Positions 27,707 to 31,981 of a stretch of DNA of 31,981 bases are shown in pieces. Positions within the stretch are counted from its first letter, which is position 1, and the number at the start of each line of letters is the position of its first letter. The DNA lies in the IMG/VR virus record IMGVR_UViG_3300035396_000361, positions 1 to 31,981 of that record, one strand, 5' to 3'. The notes beneath the pieces are model-generated. The model was not told where the DNA came from and ran no database searches. It was given only the letters and a program-made list of their open reading frames with translations. Made by a program: the position numbers and the translations under genes. This DNA comes from a virus (Duplodnaviria; Caudoviricetes).

Positions 27707-28081
27707 TTATTTGGAGAAGTAATCAATAGAATCAATATCGAGAATCTCACCAACAAGCGGTCTAATACAAGTATCTATATCTATAAATGTTGGATTATGT
27801 CTTAGTTTCTTAGTTTGATAATTGATATAATTATTCTTATAAAACGTAAATACCAGATTTATAATGGTTTTGGATTTATCAAATTTAGGTTGATATTTAT
27901 ACAGTTTATAATATGTTAAAGAAAATATTTCATCAAAGTCATAATGAAGTTGTGGAAATTTCTTTCTTATTAACAATTGAGATTCGTTCCAGAATTTTGC
28001 CATATCAGTAAAATATATCTCTGTTAAGTGGTCTTTATAAACTGGGTTTATACTTTGATATTTATTCGTAGAGGTTTCCAT
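27707..28081 (-). CDS. Sigma-70/ECF region-2-only protein (putative late sigma factor)
   Basis: DFDEIFSLTYYKLYKYQPKFDKSKTIINLVFTFYKNNYINYQTKK resembles ECF region 2 (DAEDLxQExFLKxxxxxxxFDxxxxFxTWLYxIAxNxxIDYxRK); at 124 aa it has no room for region 4. Confidence 0.6.
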   Translation of the reverse strand: METSTNKYQSINPVYKDHLTEIYFTDMAKFWNESQLLIRKKFPQLHYDFDEIFSLTYYKLYKYQPKFDKSKTIINLVFTFYKNNYINYQTKKLRHNPTFIDIDTCIRPLVGEILDIDSIDYFSK

Positions 28082-28502
28082 TTATGTATGTTATTTTTTT
28101 ATCTATTTTATTTTGATTGAAGCATTGTGTTTTTTGTTGCTTTTGGTCTATCCATTCGTAGTTATTATCTTGATTGAGTTCAGCAACTTTAGTAGAATTA
28201 TTTGTATCAAAAACGAATGCATATAATATCTTTATCGGTTTTGTTGTTATAAGAGCTATTTTATCTTTTATAGCTAATAATGCATTATATTTCTTTTGTT
28301 CTAAAAGCATTGTAGAATTTGTATATTTAGCATCTCTTTCTTTTATCTCTATGATTAATATTTCATCTTTTGTTATTGAGAGTAAATCATTGGATGCAGT
28401 TAAGGATGCTTTTGAAGTTACTGCATTAGGATAAAAGATATTAAGAAAGTTTGTTATAAACTTAGTTCTTCCTGAATTTTCATAATCATTTATTGTTTTC
28501 AT
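28062..28502 (-). CDS. PD-(D/E)XK nuclease-fold protein
   Basis: E...NDLL...IIEIKER...LLEQKKY motif. Confidence 0.7.
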   Translation of the reverse strand: MKTINDYENSGRTKFITNFLNIFYPNAVTSKASLTASNDLLSITKDEILIIEIKERDAKYTNSTMLLEQKKYNALLAIKDKIALITTKPIKILYAFVFDTNNSTKVAELNQDNNYEWIDQKQQKTQCFNQNKIDKKITYINGNLYE

Positions 28503-28504
28503 AT

Positions 28505-28954
28505 TTAGTTGGTTATTTTAAAATCGTATTCTTTTATTGCTAATGGAAAAATATCTGTTTGCTTAAACAAATAAAGTTTGGCTGCATTATAATCACCTCC
28601 ATTAACAATACGTTTATATAAATTATCTTTTATTGCTTGTTTTAAAGTATCTGTTTTAAATATAAATAATTTATCATTGATTGTATAAATAATTAAATCT
28701 GCTTCTGTTGTTGAAATTCCAGATAGTTTATGAGAGCATTCAAATTCTAAAACGAAATTTCCAGTATAGCCCATTTTATCGTTTTTTATTTCTATCTTGG
28801 TCGAAATACCTTTATACTTTAAAATACCATCATAAGCCTTTAAAACGTTGTAATCGGTAGATGCATTTAAATCTACAATGAAACCTAATTTAGATAAGAA
28901 ATCTTTTACTTTAAATTCTATCTTTTGTGCATCTTTTAAATCATTATAAAACAT
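28505..28954 (-). CDS. PD-(D/E)XK nuclease-fold protein
   Basis: IE...YDG...IEIKND...TGNFVLEF...SGISTTEAD motif. Confidence 0.75.
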   Translation of the reverse strand: MFYNDLKDAQKIEFKVKDFLSKLGFIVDLNASTDYNVLKAYDGILKYKGISTKIEIKNDKMGYTGNFVLEFECSHKLSGISTTEADLIIYTINDKLFIFKTDTLKQAIKDNLYKRIVNGGDYNAAKLYLFKQTDIFPLAIKEYDFKITN

Positions 28955-29009
28955 ATTAGTGTTCTTTATTTATATTATATATTTACTTTATTTTTATTTT
29001 TTATTTGGA

Positions 29010-29019
29010 TTGTAAACTA
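29010..29019 (+). promoter_or_regulatory. TTGTAAACTA putative late promoter element
   Basis: Exact motif on the + strand, 7 nt upstream of the NlpC/P60 ATG at 29027. Confidence 0.65.
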
Positions 29020-29026
29020 TAAACCT

Positions 29027-29452
29027 ATGAAAAAACTTATATTAATAATGGCTTTTTTATTTTTAGCCGTTTTAAGCGCAAATCGAACTGAACCAATACA
29101 ATATACCATTACAATACAATATCCCGTTAAAACGCTTAAAACGTGGTTTAAAATAGAAGATTATAAAGCGTGGTTAGGAACACCGTATAAATGAGGAGGA
29201 TTTGATAAGAATGGAATTGATTGTAGCGGATTAGTTGCCAGACTTATCGGAAGTAATGAACACGATAGTTATAGGTTGTATAAAAAATACAAAAGTAGTT
29301 ATCCTTTGCTTTATTTTAAAAACAGCAGATTCCGTCATATTGGTATTATGATAAATGATAGTCAAATGATTCACGCTGTATCAAAGGGCGTTGAAATTCT
29401 AAATATAAATAGTAAACAATTCAAGTGGTATAATCAATATCGAGTTTATTGA
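29027..29452 (+). pseudogene. Signal-peptide NlpC/P60 peptidoglycan hydrolase interrupted by an in-frame TGA (pseudogene or read-through); not in the ORF track
   Basis: MKKLILIMAFLFLAVLSA...WLGTPYK*GGFDKNGIDCSGLV...RHIGIM...MIHAVSKGV...; TGA at 29192-29194 (codon 56) where the family usually has Trp. Confidence 0.85.
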
Positions 29453-29503
29453 GATTGGTTTGCCGCACCTGCGGCTATCACTATCGTTTCTTTTATATTA
29501 TCG

Positions 29504-29553
29504 TCGGCGTAGGAATCGTCTGGAAATCCCAGACACTTGTTAAAATACGCCGA
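29504..29553. other. Nested stem-loop element
   Basis: TCGGCGTA (29504-11) pairs with TACGCCGA (29546-53) and encloses GTCTGG/CCAGAC (29518-34). Confidence 0.55.
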
Positions 29554-29735
29554 ATTTACCAAACTTTTTTGCAATATTAAATTATAAAATTGCTTAAATG
29601 ATTGAAAGTCAATAGGTTAAGAAAATGTAAACTTTTCTAAAAAAGAAATATATAACTTATATAAATTTAGTCATTTATAAATACCGAGTGTGAAAATTTA
29701 ATTATTTTCACTTTCACTAAAAATAAATACGGAAA

Positions 29736-30437
29736 ATGAATAGAACAAATTTAATTTATATTGCAATTAATCTAATCAACAATAAGTCATATATTGGACA
29801 AACAATTCAAGATTTAAATTTAAGAATATATCAACATATTTATTTTTCAAAAAATCCTAAATGCAAATTTGCAAGGGCTTTAAATAAATATGGAGCAAAT
29901 AATTTTAAATGGGGTGTACTTGAAGATAACATATCATATGAAGATTTAAATGCAAAAGAGATATATTATATAAAAAATTATGATACATATTATAATGGAT
30001 ATAATTCTACTAAAGGTGGAAGTTCTGAATATAAAAATAGTAGATATTTTCTGATTACATTATATAGACCAGATATAGGAGAAATTAGTGGAACAATGAC
30101 AGAACTATCAAAGCTAACAGGTTTATCAACTACATCTATTTCTGAACTTTATACAGAGAAATATGATATTCTTAAAAGCTCTAAATACATTTTAAGTAAG
30201 AATAAAGATAAATATAATGAATTATTAGAAAGCATTACATTTAGAAAATCTAAAAAAAGAACAATAAAAAAATATTATTTATTAAAAGATAATCAAATAA
30301 TAATTGAAAGTCCAGGAAAATTAACTAAAAATTATGGTTTAACAAGAGTCGATATACATAGATTAGCAAAAGGTGATAAAGTAAAAGGATTCTTATTTAT
30401 AAAAAAAGAAAAAATTACAGAAAGAATTTTTATATAA
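29736..30437 (+). CDS. GIY-YIG homing endonuclease
   Basis: LIYIAINLINNKSYIGQT...ALNKYG..FKW...EIYYIKNYDTYYNGYNSTKGG; HTH-like C-terminal repeats. Confidence 0.9.
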   Translation: MNRTNLIYIAINLINNKSYIGQTIQDLNLRIYQHIYFSKNPKCKFARALNKYGANNFKWGVLEDNISYEDLNAKEIYYIKNYDTYYNGYNSTKGGSSEYKNSRYFLITLYRPDIGEISGTMTELSKLTGLSTTSISELYTEKYDILKSSKYILSKNKDKYNELLESITFRKSKKRTIKKYYLLKDNQIIIESPGKLTKNYGLTRVDIHRLAKGDKVKGFLFIKKEKITERIFI

Positions 30438-30443
30438 TAAAAT

Positions 30444-30513
30444 GGGTCAGATGGCGAAGGCAGCCAATCTCTTTTGCATAGAGAATTATTCGGTTCGATT
30501 CCGACTGTATCCA
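30444..30513 (+). tRNA. tRNA-Ala(UGC)-like gene, non-canonical
   Basis: Anticodon arm TCTCT-TTTGCAT-AGAGA, T arm TCGG-TTCGATT-CCGA, D arm GGC...GCC, G3:U70 pair and A discriminator; bulged acceptor stem. Confidence 0.7.
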
Positions 30514-30600
30514 CAACGAGGTTGATAATGTCGTATTAATGGGGAGAGTAATTAACTCCCCTCCTCTATTTAAAATACGACAAATAAAAAATACGACAAT

Positions 30601-31923
30601 ATGAAAAATTACGAAATCAAATTCCCAGATTCTTTTATTAAAGCAATTGATTCAATTCTAATAAAAGAATACTCAAAAGAAACCCCAAGAGAAGCGTTCT
30701 TCAAATTTTTCTATCTAATTGAAAAATTCTCAATGTATGAAACAGATAGAAAATATGCATCTATTCATAACGAAACAATCCGTAAACTGTTAGGTACTAC
30801 ACGAATAGATAAAAAAAAGATACAAATAGCAAGCAAAGTTATTGATAAATCACTATACTATAATATAGTTGGTTACGTAAATCATCATTTTAACTCAGTT
30901 GGTTCAGCTAAAAATTATACCCGTAAATACTATTTTACAGATGCAATTCAATATAAACAATCAGATATTATTATATCAGGTGTTGAAATTGATAAAGAAT
31001 CGGCAGATTTAATAAAGAAGGAACACCAACGTCCCACTGTGGAACGTCTTCGTTTACAATACGATTTACTAAAATCAGATAGAGTTTCTTTTGATTTGCA
31101 TTCGGCTATTAACTGGGTACATAGCATTAAAGATATAAAGAAATTAAATGAAAATCAAGTAAAGGCTTATACAAGAATGGCTATTTCTTTTTGGGAAAAA
31201 AATATATTTGTTTCTGAAGATAATAGAACCAAAAGAATATTTTCAAATATAACTGGTGTTAAAAGAGAATTCAGATGCTTTATGAAAATAGATGAAGAAT
31301 CTTTAGCCTCTTATGATTTAAAATCAGCTCAACCATATTTATTAGCATCTAAATATCTACAACAAAATCCTGATAATACTGATGTTATATCTTTCTTTAA
31401 TGATATTACACAAAAAGATATCTATACTCATTTCTATAATGAATGGATAAAAATAAATGGTTCATCAAAGTATCTTGAATTTAATATGGAAAAAGGCTTT
31501 GAAGAAATGAAGGATATGTCAGTCTATATTGATGGAATAAAAGATGATGAACTAACAAGAAAAGAAACTAAAATTCAGTTCCAAAGATTATTGTTTAAAA
31601 AAATTAATGGGTCAGTACCATTTCAAATAGTATTACAGAAACTATATCCAACCGTATTTACTTTGCTTCAAAAAGATAAAGTTAGGTGTTCTAAAATAAG
31701 TGATACCCATAACTTAGCTATAGAGTTACAGGAAATAGAATCATCTATCTTCATTCCTGTAGCAACAGAATTAATTAATGAAGGGGTATTAAGCTGTCAC
31801 GACAGTCTTTACTTCAAAGAATCATTAAAAGATAAAGTAAATCAATCATTAATCAATAAATTCAATTCAATGGGTTACACCAATTATACCATTAAATTTG
31901 AAATAACCAGTTTAACACATTAA
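30601..31923 (+). CDS. Minimal family-A / T7-like polymerase-fold protein (TV-Pol-like), probable replication protein
   Basis: KRIFS (GRLxS-like), motif A YDLKSAQP, motif B RKETKIQFQRLLF, LQEIES, motif C SCHDSLYF; no 3'-5' exonuclease motifs. Confidence 0.75.
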   Translation: MKNYEIKFPDSFIKAIDSILIKEYSKETPREAFFKFFYLIEKFSMYETDRKYASIHNETIRKLLGTTRIDKKKIQIASKVIDKSLYYNIVGYVNHHFNSVGSAKNYTRKYYFTDAIQYKQSDIIISGVEIDKESADLIKKEHQRPTVERLRLQYDLLKSDRVSFDLHSAINWVHSIKDIKKLNENQVKAYTRMAISFWEKNIFVSEDNRTKRIFSNITGVKREFRCFMKIDEESLASYDLKSAQPYLLASKYLQQNPDNTDVISFFNDITQKDIYTHFYNEWIKINGSSKYLEFNMEKGFEEMKDMSVYIDGIKDDELTRKETKIQFQRLLFKKINGSVPFQIVLQKLYPTVFTLLQKDKVRCSKISDTHNLAIELQEIESSIFIPVATELINEGVLSCHDSLYFKESLKDKVNQSLINKFNSMGYTNYTIKFEITSLTH

Positions 31924-31953
31924 ACTATGCAGCACCAGTCCTCCCCCACCTCT

Positions 31954-31981
31954 ATAACTTTTTCAATTGGTTTAACTATCC
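31954..31981. repeat. Terminal direct repeat, right copy
   Basis: Identical to 1-28. Confidence 0.95.

Noticed and set aside
30332-30514. 60-aa minus-strand ORF MDTVGIEP...
   Set aside because: Typical antisense translation of a tRNA gene
30514-30600. tRNA-associated HDV-like (theta) ribozyme
   Set aside because: I could not build the nested double pseudoknot by eye; a covariance-model search would be needed

Overview
The window is an apparently complete, circularly permuted, very AT-rich tailed-phage genome. The first and last 28 bp are identical, giving a unit of about 31,953 bp. The host is probably Bacteroidota: there is a TTTG-N19-TAnnTTTG promoter at 3068-3098 and the translation starts are A-rich with no SD sequence. 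The minus strand (28954 to 3839) carries two PD-(D/E)XK nucleases, a sigma-region-2-only protein and a Mu-like contractile-tail morphogenesis module (terminase, gp36, DUF935-type portal, baseplate, fibres, protease, capsid, sheath, tube, chaperone, tape measure, hub, spike). I found no transposase, integrase, helicase or primase. The only replication-type gene is a small exonuclease-less family-A-like polymerase. The most striking signal is the exact 10-mer TTGTAAACTA. It occurs at least 7 times, always in sense orientation and 5-22 nt upstream of late-gene start codons, and the first copy lies immediately downstream of the sigma-2-only gene. This suggests a single-element late promoter read by a minimal phage sigma factor. 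Other points of interest: an NlpC/P60 lysin gene missed by the ORF track and interrupted by TGA at a conserved Trp, six GIY-YIG endonucleases, a -1 frameshift tail chaperone, a spike gene with a large insertion, a degenerate tRNA-Ala, and recurring nested hairpins around the replication module. All protein family calls come from motifs read by eye, not from database searches.
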